64,000 bases of DNA from NCBI GenBank assembly GCA_020184695.1, contig JAANOX010000227.1, positions 62,001 to 126,000 on the forward strand, in the 5' to 3' direction. A program made the translations under genes and the position numbers. Source of the DNA: Histomonas meleagridis 2922-C6/04-290x. Lineage: Eukaryota > Protista > Parabasalia. This document shows positions 36,685 to 48,325 of this stretch, piece by piece. The notes under the pieces are model-generated. The model did no database searches and was not told the DNA's origin. It saw nothing but the letters and a program-made list of their open reading frames with translations. Numbering within the stretch: the stretch's first letter is position 1; each line of letters starts with the position of its first letter.

Positions 36685-37015
36685 AATTTATGTTAAGAAA
36701 ATGCCACTTCTAAATATATTTTTAATAAAATTTATTCTTTTCTTAAAAAATGTTGTTTGACTTTAACTCGTTATGCAACATTGAAATTATCTAAGATAAA
36801 TTTTAATTGCAGTCACGGACAAGAAAAAATCCTCATCAGCTGAAAAACTCATTAAATTAAAATGGATCTCGTGTCTCAGGGTCAACAGATGTTTTTAATG
36901 AGTCGTTCCAAAGCCCTGTCTCATCCATCATTGAGTGTTCAATGGAAGAATGTTATTTTGAAAATAATTCATATCCAATAATAATTCATTAATATTGTAA
37001 TAAAAAAATCCAGAA

Positions 37016-37088
37016 GTACCACTGGCCCAATGGATAAGGCGTGTGCCTACGGAGCATGAGATTCCAGGTTCGAGTCCTGGGTGGTACA
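37016..37088 (+). tRNA. tRNA-Arg(ACG), copy 1
   Basis: Acceptor GTACCAC/GTGGTAC, anticodon loop CT-ACG-GA, T arm CCAGG-TTCGAGT-CCTGG, T7 terminator. Confidence 0.97.
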
Positions 37089-37129
37089 TTTTTTTGATTT
37101 TTTAGATGCAAGTATTTTTAAGTCGAGAA
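37073..37129 (+). repeat. Left copy of the 57-bp target-site duplication (tRNA 3' 16 nt + terminator + flank)
   Basis: Identical to 54949-55005. Confidence 0.93.
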
Positions 37130-37181
37130 AATGATACTACCGGAATCAGCACCCCTGATAACCTTATTAAGATTTCTTTTT

Positions 37182-37375
37182 GGTACTCTCCAAGCAAAAG
37201 GGAAAATTTGAATACCTTCCTCTCAAAAAGTGGAAATGCCTTTCAATTATGCGTGATTTTTTGAATAGCATTGAAAAATTTTCATTCAAAATATTTTTGT
37301 GAGAAAATATTCCTTCTCAAATTCGATTTCTATGTTCTACATTTTTTGACATAAAAATTTCTGAAAATTTATAAA
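37182..37375 (+). repeat. Left terminal inverted repeat of the 11-kb element
   Basis: Reverse complement of 47996-48189 at 185/194. Confidence 0.95.
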
Positions 37376-38822
37376 TTGCCATTGTATTTTTTAAATAATT
37401 TTAAATTATTCGATATTTTCAATTTTAATATGACAAATATGCACTGACACGCAACATTCTCAGATATAATATATTTATCGAACTCAATATTTATAATGAT
37501 AATATATATTAAATTCGTTTCCGAAATTCGGTCATAGGTATACTGGGAAGATATAAGAACTAGCCATTAAAAATACATAATATATGCACATAATTGAGGA
37601 TATTAATTAATATAAATATGAAATAATATTCATGATAAGTCAAGATAAATTTTTTTTCATTTTTAAAAGTGACAAATATCACTTTTGTATGGTTTATTTT
37701 CGTCGGTGCGCCGATGGTAAACGATATGACCAATAGATGCAAGATAAATGAGCAATAAATAAACATATTTCTTGATCAATTCATTGCAAATAAAGAAAAA
37801 AATACCAAAAAATATCATTAATCATTATTTGAAATAAAAATATATGAGGAGGGGGGTGGGGGTAAAAAAAGAACGACCCTTTTATCTCGACTTCTATTCA
37901 ATAAAAATTATTTTTAAATTATATCATATTTAAATATTCATTATTAAATCTAAATATGTGAGCATTATGTTCATCATGTCCAAATGCAATTGTTTTCAAT
38001 CATTAAATTTTTCTTTATAGACATTTAGAAATATTGCCAAATTGCATAATTATTGGTAGAGGAATGACATTAAATTCGATGAAGAAGTTATGTTTATATT
38101 AGATATATTAAATATACTATTAGTTAAAAAACCAATTTGTTACACTATCTATTGCATAATTCGAAGAATTGAGAATTTTCACCTTATTTAGAATATTTAT
38201 GTTCATTTGATTAATATTTGAAACTAATAATTTATCGTATTTCATAAAGAATATTGAAATATTATCAAGTTTTTTAAGCACAAAATATAATATCTTATAT
38301 ACTCAGTACCAAACAAATAAAGATCATGAAACTGGATTCTGCAATATATTTATTAATATATTACCACATATAAGTAAAAAAATGCAAACGAATTAGATAA
38401 ATCGAGAATAATAATAAGAGTAATTAAAGATTACATTAATATTTTATTTATTTTTTTAATATCATAATTTAAATTCCATTGAAAACAAAAAATCGGAAGA
38501 TATAATCAAGAATAAAAAAAATGTATATAAATATCTACAACAAAGAACAAATATAAAATATTATATAACGAGTTAAATATTACTAAAATACATCAGATAA
38601 TGAGATAACTCATTATTATAATAATTAATACAATGAACAACACATGTGTTGATAATTTAATTTATTATTGTTGATGATGCGAAATCATTTATTGTAAGTC
38701 ATAATAAATCAAAAAGATACAACAATTTTTATGCAACAAATTATTATCAAAAACCAATTTATCACTGAAATGATTCATTAATAAATTATGATTCATTATT
38801 GCATTAATGGAATAATCTTCTA

Positions 38823-40494
38823 TTATAATAATTCCAAGAACAGTGAAACTATGGCAATAACAATTCCTGTAATTGCACTTGGATGAAGCTTTGTACCATT
38901 ACTATGGCTCAATGGGCATACATCGCTTATTTTGTTACCCTTGGTAACATTGATCTCTGCAAAAGTGCTTTTAGAATATTCATTTGTTACATAAATAGTT
39001 GGACTATCAAATGTTGTATTATAACACGATGGTTCATTCTTACCATAGAAGCAAACAATTTCAAGACTCATGCATGAACTAAAAGCATAGTTATCTATCA
39101 CATTAATGTTCTCTGGAATGATAACTTTCTTAATGCTATTGCAATTGATAAATGCGCCTAATCCAATCGTTCTTACTGAGCTGGGAATATCAATACTAGA
39201 AATCAAAGAACAACCTTCAAATGCATATTCTTGGATTGCTAATATGGTTTTTTTGGAATTACAACATCACCTGATTTTTCCAGAAGGGCAAAAATATTAA
39301 TTTAGTAATATTTTTTTGTTATATACAATTCCGTCATTGTTATAATTGGAGTAATATACATTATTTAGTGAGATGGTTACAGATACTAAATTTGGACAAT
39401 TTTGAAATGCAAATAGACCAATTGAAACCACTGAGTCTGGAATATTGACATTGTGGAACAAACATCCATAAAACTGGAAGTCTTGTAATACTGTGATTGA
39501 ATTGGGAATACTTAAATTTGTCAACAAAGAACAATTAATGAACGAAAAAAGACACCAATTGATTTTTACAGAATTGGGGATATTTATATTTGTAATAAGA
39601 AAACAATCCTCAAATGCATAATCTTCAATTAATTGAACAGAACTAGGAATATTAACAATACCTTCTACTGCTGGTGGACATAATATTACTTTTTGATATG
39701 TTTTTTTATCATAAACAATTCCATCATTATTATAATTCGAATAGATTTCATTATTTTTCAGAGATTTTAATTGCCTTTAATTTTGTGCATGCATCAAATG
39801 CAGATTCATTAATTAGGGAAACTGAAGAAGAAATTTCAATTTGCTCTAAATTTAAACACCTATAAAACGCAAATTCTTGAATTTTTTCAACAGAATCTGG
39901 AATTATAACATTTGTTATCTGCCTGCAATCAGAAAAAAAGAGGAATATCCTATTGATTTTACAGAATTGGGGATATTTATATTTGTAATAAGAAAACAAT
40001 CCTCAAATGCATAATCTTCAATTAATTGAACAGAACTAGGAATATTGACAATACCTTCTACTGCTGATGGACATAATATTACTTTTGATATGTTTTTTTA
40101 TCATAAACAATTCCATCATTATTATAATTCGAATAGATTTCATTATTTTTCAGAGATTTTTAATTGCCTTTAATTTTGTGCATGCATCAAATGCAGATTC
40201 ATTAATTAAGGAAATTGATATAGGAATAATAAGCTGGTCCATAGAACAACCATAAAATGCATAATCTTTAATCGTTGTAACAGATTCACCGATTACTACA
40301 TTTGTTAATTTGCTCTGATTATAAAAAAAGCATGGCTATCAATCACAAATACATTGCTCCCAATTTGCAGTTTTGAAAAATGACCAATGGTTTCAATATC
40401 ATCTCGTGTAATAGTTGAAACATTAAAGACTTTAAGAGTATCATTTTCGAGAATAAAGTTACAGCATGTGAAAATAGGAAGAAGGTAAAAACAT
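38823..40494 (-). pseudogene. BspA-like LRR surface protein gene, frameshifted in this assembly, inside the 11-kb element
   Basis: Signal-like start at 40494; LRR_5 fragments (VIIPDSVEKIQEFAFYRC, IPSSVRTIGLGAFINC); TM-like C-terminus SAITGIVIAIVSLF; about 260-bp internal direct repeat with 394-bp offset (from 39558 and 39952). Confidence 0.8.
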
Positions 40495-40546
40495 GTATAA
40501 AAAAATAAATGCCATCTTTGGCAAATTTAAAAATTCAATTGTTCAA

Positions 40547-40942
40547 ATGTTTTTCTTGATCCCTATTATCATTGTTGCCAGACAATCAACAGAAAATAAT
40601 GAGGAAAACAGTGCTAAGCCAGGACTTTTAGTTAATGTTAAAGGAGATCTTGATTTCAACGAATTAATAGATCAAATCAGCAAAATAGTAGGTTTCTTGC
40701 TAACAGCAAAAAATGAAATTCCAACAAATGGAGGTGGTAGATTTATTACAGGTGTTGATTCCGGTAATGTTTATGCATTTTATTACCATCCGTCAAAGAG
40801 ACACAGAGTTTCATGTAGACCAGGACATGGCCAAAGAATTCAACCAAAAGATCCAGTATGGTTTGAGGCAAATGAATGGGCCTATGTTATTCTTAAATCA
40901 GCCTGGTATGGAGGTAATCGATGCTGGTATGATGATGAATAA
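40547..40942 (+). CDS. Secreted lactococcin-972-like bacteriocin-family protein
   Basis: Hydrophobic N-terminus MFFLIPIIIVA; C-terminal GGGRFITGV...VYAFYYHPSKRHRVS...ANEWAYV...GGNRCWY resembles the Lactococcin_972 family pattern, recognised by eye. The ORF track extends upstream to 40493. Confidence 0.62.
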   Translation: MFFLIPIIIVARQSTENNEENSAKPGLLVNVKGDLDFNELIDQISKIVGFLLTAKNEIPTNGGGRFITGVDSGNVYAFYYHPSKRHRVSCRPGHGQRIQPKDPVWFEANEWAYVILKSAWYGGNRCWYDDE

Positions 40943-43561
40943 ATCTAGATTAAGTGTAAGAACTTCAATCGATTTATTTAATTTTTAATAATTAAATAAT
41001 TTTTTAAATATATTTTAAAAAAATTTTTAATATTATTTTTATATTATTTAATGTTTTTTTATAATGTTTTTATGTTATTACCATATAATAATTTAGCTAT
41101 TTAAAAATATATTATTCGATTTTTTGATAAAAAAATGCCATTTTTTTGCTAAAAATGCCATTATAATCCAAAATTTCATCAAAATATTTGCATGTAGGAA
41201 TACAACAGATTATTTTTAAAATGTATATTGTTGATTGAAAACATGTGTTTTGATCAGAATTATTCTAATATTGAATAAAAAATATTATTTTTTTTTTTTT
41301 TTTTATGGAATTGTATGAGAAAATAATATAATGATAGCCTAACATAAATTTATGTTATGTACATGCATACAGCTTCATCAAATTTGTGTATTTTCACTTG
41401 TTTATTCATGCTTTTTTTTATTATCAAATGTTTTATCATGTTCATTCATGTTGTTCTATCTTATCTTGTGCTTATTCATGTTTTTTCTCATTATAAAACT
41501 TTTTTTCATATTATCTCATTTTGTATTAATAATTTTTTATGTTTGTTCACATAATTTCATATTTATTCGTGTTATATAATGTTTATAAATTAATTTTTGA
41601 ATGTTATCTCATGATTTTTCTATGTTATCTCATGTTATATCATATTTATTAATGTTTTTTTCATATTATCTCATGATTTAATATGTTGATTCATGTTTAT
41701 TCATGTTTTTCATTTTATCTGATATTTATTTATGATTTTTTTATGTTATCTCATGTTTATTCATTTATATTCTTTTTTTTTCTTGTCATAAAATGTTTAT
41801 TTATTAATTTTAATATTATCTCATGTTTGATTTGTTGTTCATTGTTTATTTTCAATGTATTATCTCCATGTTATTCATAATACATGTCATAATAACATAT
41901 AGTGAAATTTTTTATATTTTTCTATGAATTGTGTGACATTTTACACTTAATAATTCCATGAAAATCCATTTTGTTTATCAATATCAATAGATTTCAAGTT
42001 ATAACATTCGTCAAATGAAGTTCCATCAATGAAAATTACAGAATTAGATACTTATACTGTTGTTAATGCACTTTGTTCATTAAAAGAAAGTTCTTCTATT
42101 TCTTAAACAGTATCCCCTATAATTACTTATGTAAAATAATGATTAATAAATAGCAATTAATATATATAATAATTTATCATTTTTATGTTTCATTATGTTG
42201 TCTTCATTTGATTTTTGGTTTATTATATATTGTATATAATAGAAAAAGCAAATGAACAGGAAAAACTATATATATTTCATAAGAATATCAAATAACATAT
42301 GAAAAACACATTTGAACACCATAAATAACATAAGAATATGAATATTTACATTCGTAAACATATTGACTATGTAATTTACAATATATTATGAGGCTTGTTT
42401 TTATTGTAAGCTTTGCCGAATAATAACCCAATTTTTTGGGCAAGAAAAATAAATTATATATAAATAAAACTATAATATGCTGATGCATTAAATGTCAATA
42501 TACATATTCTACATAATAAGATAATATTTTAAAACTTTTTTCTTACTAACCAGAAATTAGGGTATTTAGATCAATTTATATTTACCCCCTATTCATATAT
42601 CAATAATATATATTTCGATTTTATGAATATATAAATATCTTATTTTTATCATAATATAATTGAATTTATATAAAACACCTTAAAGTTAATGTATCGATTT
42701 TTTTGTATAAGAAATTCTCTTAAATGATTATATTTTTTTAGATAATTTATGACTATTTACTCAAACAAGTGAAATAACTGCAGTTATAATGTGAAATAAA
42801 AAGGGTATTTTTCATCAAGTAGAGTTGCAAACATAAATTGTTATATAAAAATTAACATTGAGTTACGGATGAGAACCTTATTAGCTGACAACATAATTTA
42901 ATAACTTTCATACTTTAAATATAACATTAGACTTTCATTTGTTATAATATAAATAAAAAACTTCTTTCTAACTTTCATCAATATTTCTCAAAAATTCATT
43001 TGAATGTTGTACCATTTCATTTCTTCTAACAACAGTTAATTTATATGGGATCAGCTTTCGAACATATTCCATATAGTACAAAGCATACTTGAAAACTTTT
43101 AAATATATTTTATGTATTGCCTAATATTTAAATAATATGTTTTTTGTACTTGCATATGAATATTTTGGAAGGATCTATGTAAATGACTCAATTAAGTTAC
43201 TGTCGTCCATTTCATTAGTATATCGGAATAAGTATGATAAATTCACTTTTTTTGCATTTTTTACAAATCATTTTTACTAGATATCAATGATCATAATTTA
43301 TTCGATTACAAATATATTTAAACAAATTATTTTTTTATAAAAATTTAATTGGATTTAAATGATATATATAATCTTTAATTTAATGAGCTATTTATGAAAT
43401 ATTATATGAATTAATTGATTTTGCTGATTATAATATTTGATTAATATCGAATTAAACTAATAAATTAAATTTCTTTTTTTATGTATACGCTTTTATTTAT
43501 TATTCATATTAATAATAATTCAATATTGTATGCATTATGCGTTTAATATTTATTTGTTATT

Positions 43562-44521
43562 ATGAATTACAATCAGCCTCAACAATTATCTTTCCCGTTT
43601 ATCGATAATACTCTCTCTTATTTTTTTTTTTTTTTTAATGAAGACGCAGCTATTCAATTCGCATTACAGAATGGAGTTATTTATAATCAAATGATGTGTG
43701 AAGAATGTAATTTCTATATGCAGATCTACAGGGATTCTTCAAAAAGGATTTGGATACAAATGGATATGCACAAGATGCCACAAATCAAAAAGTATTTTAT
43801 ATGGAAGTATTTTTTACTCAGCAAAAATATCACTTTCTAAGATTTTTTATTTATTATATTGTTGGGTATATAAATATTCATGTAAAGATACTGCGAGAGA
43901 AGTAGGAGTGAGCAGAAACACAGTAACTTATTATTTTACTTTATTTAGAAATGCATGTGATGCATATGTTTTATCTTTAGAAGGTCTTGTTGTTGGCGGT
44001 CCTGATAAAACTGTTCAAATAGATGAAACTTTAATGTGTCGAAGAAAATATAATGTTGGACGATGTTTAAATCAAGTGTGGATCTTTGGGGGAATTTGTG
44101 TGGAAGATAGACAATTCTTTTGTCTTGTTGTACCTGATCGAACAAGAGAAACATTAGAAGAAGAGATTCGTAATCATATATTACCTGAAACAAAAATAAT
44201 TTCTGATTGCTGGAAAGCGTATGACTTTCTTGATGATGACAATGATTACGAGCATGAAACTGTTAATCATTCATGTAATTTTGTTGATCCTGAAACTAAA
44301 GCGCACACTCAAATGATAGAAAGACTTTGGAGGGAACTATTAATAAAAGATATGAAGGAATCCCAGAAAATAAAGTCAATGAACATATATCAGAGTTCAT
44401 GTGGAGATGGAATGTTATTCACAATAAGGATCAAATGTTTAGGGCCGCCGTTCAATTAATTGCAGACACAAAGTTTACAAAAGTAATTGATTGCGATGAA
44501 GAAGAAGAAAAGTTGGAATAA
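43562..44521 (+). pseudogene. Merlin/IS1595(ISXO2)-type DDE transposase with two frameshifts
   Basis: Zinc ribbon CEEC...WICTRC, VQIDET, WIFGG, ISDCWKAY, HETVNHS, HTQMIERLW and EFMWR; frameshifts near 43745 and 44340. Confidence 0.9.
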
Positions 44522-44589
44522 GTAAAAAAATCATATCTTCGATTGTTATGATCATTTTTATTTCTAGAAAATTGAGGATAGAAATATAA

Positions 44590-45140
44590 ATGATATTTTA
44601 TTATGTTATTTAAATATCGATTTGTGAAGATTTATGTTACAAATTTCGAAATTTCGAAAATTTAATTTTTTAAAAAAATATGTATATATTATCTTTATTT
44701 GATGACATATTTTATTATATTATTTAAATATTGATTTGTTTTAAATTTTTTTGTTACAAATTTTCGAAATTTTGAAAAATTTAATTTTTTTAAAAAAATC
44801 TGTATATATTATCTTTATTTGATAACATATCTTGTTATATTGTTTAGATTTTGTTTTTGTTTAAATTTTTTTGTTACAAATTTTCGAAAATTTTTGAAAA
44901 ATTTAATTTTTTTAAAAAAATCTGTATATATTATCTTTATTTGATAACATATCTTTTTATATTGTTTAGATTTTGTTTTGTTTAAATTTTTTGTTACAAA
45001 TTTCGAAATTTTGAAAATTTAATTTTTTAAAAATCTGTATATATTATCTTTATTTGATAACATATCTTGTTATATTGTTTAGATTTTTTTTTGTTTAAAT
45101 ATTTTGTTACAAATTTAGAAATTTTGAAAATTTAATTTTC
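44590..45140. repeat. About 113-120-bp tandem repeat, about 5 copies, just downstream of the transposase
   Basis: GTTACAAA anchor recurs at about 44636, 44753, 44873, 44993 and 45106. Confidence 0.9.
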
Positions 45141-47995
45141 GAAAAAGATCGTCATTAATAAATCCTATATCGTGGTAAACATTAATGTATTATATACACT
45201 TTAGTCCTATTAATTGTTTACATTAATTTCATATGTAAAAAATCTTCTCAATTTTTAAAAAAATCAAATAAATTCATTAATATAGCTCATTAATAAACTT
45301 GACATATGTTAAAAAAACTTCGATAAAATCTTATTCTATACATAAAAAATCGGCTTTTTCAGGAATAATTAAATTTATAAATTTTTTTCTGATTTCAGAT
45401 TTCAATCACATTTCTCATGTTTAGTAATGTATACATATTTAATCCCTCGAATTTTGTCCAACCAAACATATTGCAATCTTGAAAAATATAATAATTTTCG
45501 GTAAAATGATGTTCATTCAATTATTGAATGATAATTCAATATTTATACAGAAAATTCTGCGTAAAAAGCAGTTAATTCCAAACATTTATTCAAAAAGTGA
45601 ACATTTTTTTTGAAGAATTAATTATTACACACATTCATTTATGAGCGATAATATTATTTTATCTGGTAAATTTTTCATTTTTGTATGAAAAAAATAGTGA
45701 AATAATCTATTCTATTTTTAAAAAATGTTAGAATATTTTTTGAAATATAAATCTAATGAAATATATAATTTTTAATGACAAAAATTGATATAATTTTAAT
45801 TTGATAATAATCTTTTTTAAAATCTTACCAAAAACACACGGGGATTCAACTTATTTAAAGTCTTATATGTACATGACTGTATATCTTATAATTTTTTCTT
45901 AGTTAGCGAGAAAATAAGTGTATAAAGTTATTGTCATGATGCTAATTGATTTTTATGGCAAATATGAATTTATCGATCATTTGTTGATATGATTAAAATT
46001 AGTTCATTTTTTAATCATATTTATAATTAATAATCATTAATAAACAGTATATTAATCTTGAAATAGTTCAACATGAAAACATTTTTATTTTAGATCTTAA
46101 AAGTCTTCTTTGTAATTATAAATCACTTATATATATATATCCATTGAAATTTAACATTATTAAAGATTTTTATAGGTGATTTCACGAACCTTGATCCAGA
46201 AAATAATTGTAATTTACAATTTTCATAATTGTAGCATAAATATAATTTTCCGAAAAAATCATTTCTAAATATTTTATAGTTTCCCCTCTATAATAATGAA
46301 TGAAATCTACGCTCTCTTATATATTTTATTTCAAATTCATTAAGTACAATTACTTTTTATTACATTTCGAGTTACTACTATTTCTTATGCATAATATAAA
46401 GAATAAGTTAGGTATCATAATAATTCATATAATTATATTAAATTTATACATTTTGTTCATTGATAGATCAAGATAACTTAGAATATTTGAAAAAATTTCA
46501 TTATTTAAATCATAAGAGAGAGACTAAATTAAGGTAGAGAAGTCATAATTTATTATAATAAACAAATTAATATAATATTCATATTTAAAAAAAACATATA
46601 TACTCATTTTTATTAATTTAATTCATGCTTTGTTATATTTTTTAATTGACATGTATATTAAGTGTTTTTTTCAATGTTTTCCTATGTTTTTTTTTTTTTC
46701 CCCCCCCCCCCCCCAGTTCTTTATGTTATCTCAACTTTATTCATTTTTATTCTATATTTGATGATGCTATTTCATGCTTATCAAAAAATTAATATATTCC
46801 ATTCTTTTTTTATCTTGTTAAATTAAGCTTATTTATGCTTATTCATTTTAATTATGTGTTTTTCTCCTTGCATGTGGTATGAGTGTTATATGTGTTTATG
46901 TGCCGGATGATATATATTAAAGAAAATAGCTAGGAGATTTGCATAATACTTATTATATGATATTTATATTTAAATAATCTTGGAATAATATATTATTTCT
47001 CAAGGAAAATTTTAGTATTACCAAAATTGTTTGTAAAAACTAGTCTTTTACGATTATGGAATCGTAAATGGAGCTTTATAGATATTCATTAACATGTTAA
47101 TATTATTATAAATGATTAAAGGAATAAAAAAAAGCTAATAAAATTATAATTTTATATACAAATGTCATTAATAAATCTTGTTTTTTTATGAACACAGCCA
47201 AATAAGAAATGTTGAAATACCTAATTCTCTTTATTACAATAGAATAACTTATTTTATAGAATATTATTACATGAAATTATAATACCAAAATCAGCGATGT
47301 CAATTTCTCCAAAATATTTTTATCTCATATTGTATTATGTTCATATATGTTAAAACCATGCGATTTTTTTCGTGTTGTATTTCATTCGAATAATAGTAAG
47401 GAGGGATTTTTAATTATTCTATTTATTCACAATAAAGTAAGGACACTTAGTTTGAATAAACTTTATACAGTATTGAATCGAAAATTACTTTAAATGAATT
47501 CAAATAATATTGTTATTTCATTTGATCTATTATATCTTGTAGCTTATTCACTCATGATTCTTCATGTTTACTTATGTTAATTCAAATTCATTTGTGTTTG
47601 TATATATACCTACTCATGTTCATTAATGAATGCTATAGTTAATTCATGTTTATTTATTATTCTTTATGTTGTTTTTTTAATAAAAATCTTGACAATTGTT
47701 TTTAAAATGAAAAAATCTCAATATTAACTGAATATAAAGAAAAATTAATGAAACTTTTAATATATCATATAATTTTAATAAATGTGATAAAGATATTTTT
47801 CAACTATTTAATTTTAAGTGAAAATGATTATCTATAATAAAAAAAATTCGAATATTTTAATATTTAACAAAAAGCATTAATTATTATATATGTTTTTTGG
47901 TTTACAGATCAAAATTATGAATGTGTACTGATTTATCAACAAAGCAATATTTTTTTGGTGGCGACCGTTCAAAGTAAAAATCTATTTGGTGACAT

Positions 47996-48189
47996 TTTAT
48001 AAATTTTCAGAAATTTTTATGTCAAAAAATGTAGAACATAGAAATCAAATTTGAGAAGGAATATTTTCTCACAAAAATATTATGAATGGGAATTTTTCAA
48101 TGCTATTCAAAAAATCACGCATAATTGAAAGGCATTTCCACTTTTTGAAAGGAAGGTATTCAAATTCTCCCATTAGGTTGGAGAGTACC
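47996..48189 (-). repeat. Right terminal inverted repeat of the 11-kb element
   Basis: Reverse complement of 37182-37375 at 185/194. Confidence 0.95.
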
Positions 48190-48325
48190 TTCTTTTTGGA
48201 CGGAAAAAATTTTTTCGGAGATAAATAATTTCGAGATAATTTCTCCAGAAATCATCGATAGTCTATACAGAACACAGCAGGAACACCTCCAGAACGACCA
48301 CAACACATCTAGAGGTATCATTAGT

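Larger units (their letters stand above)
37182..48189. mobile_element. Giant (11,008 bp) TIR DNA transposon, probably Merlin superfamily, with cargo genes
   Basis: TIRs 37182-37375 and 47996-48189 (194 bp, 9 mismatches, termini GGTACTCTCC/GGAGAGTACC); 8-bp TSD TTCTTTTT at 37174-37181 and 48190-48197; internal IS1595/Merlin transposase. Confidence 0.88.

Noticed and set aside
40493-40546. ORF-track start MYKKINA... for the bacteriocin-like gene
   Set aside because: It overlaps the opposite-strand BspA ATG; the ATG at 40547 gives a signal-peptide-like N-terminus.
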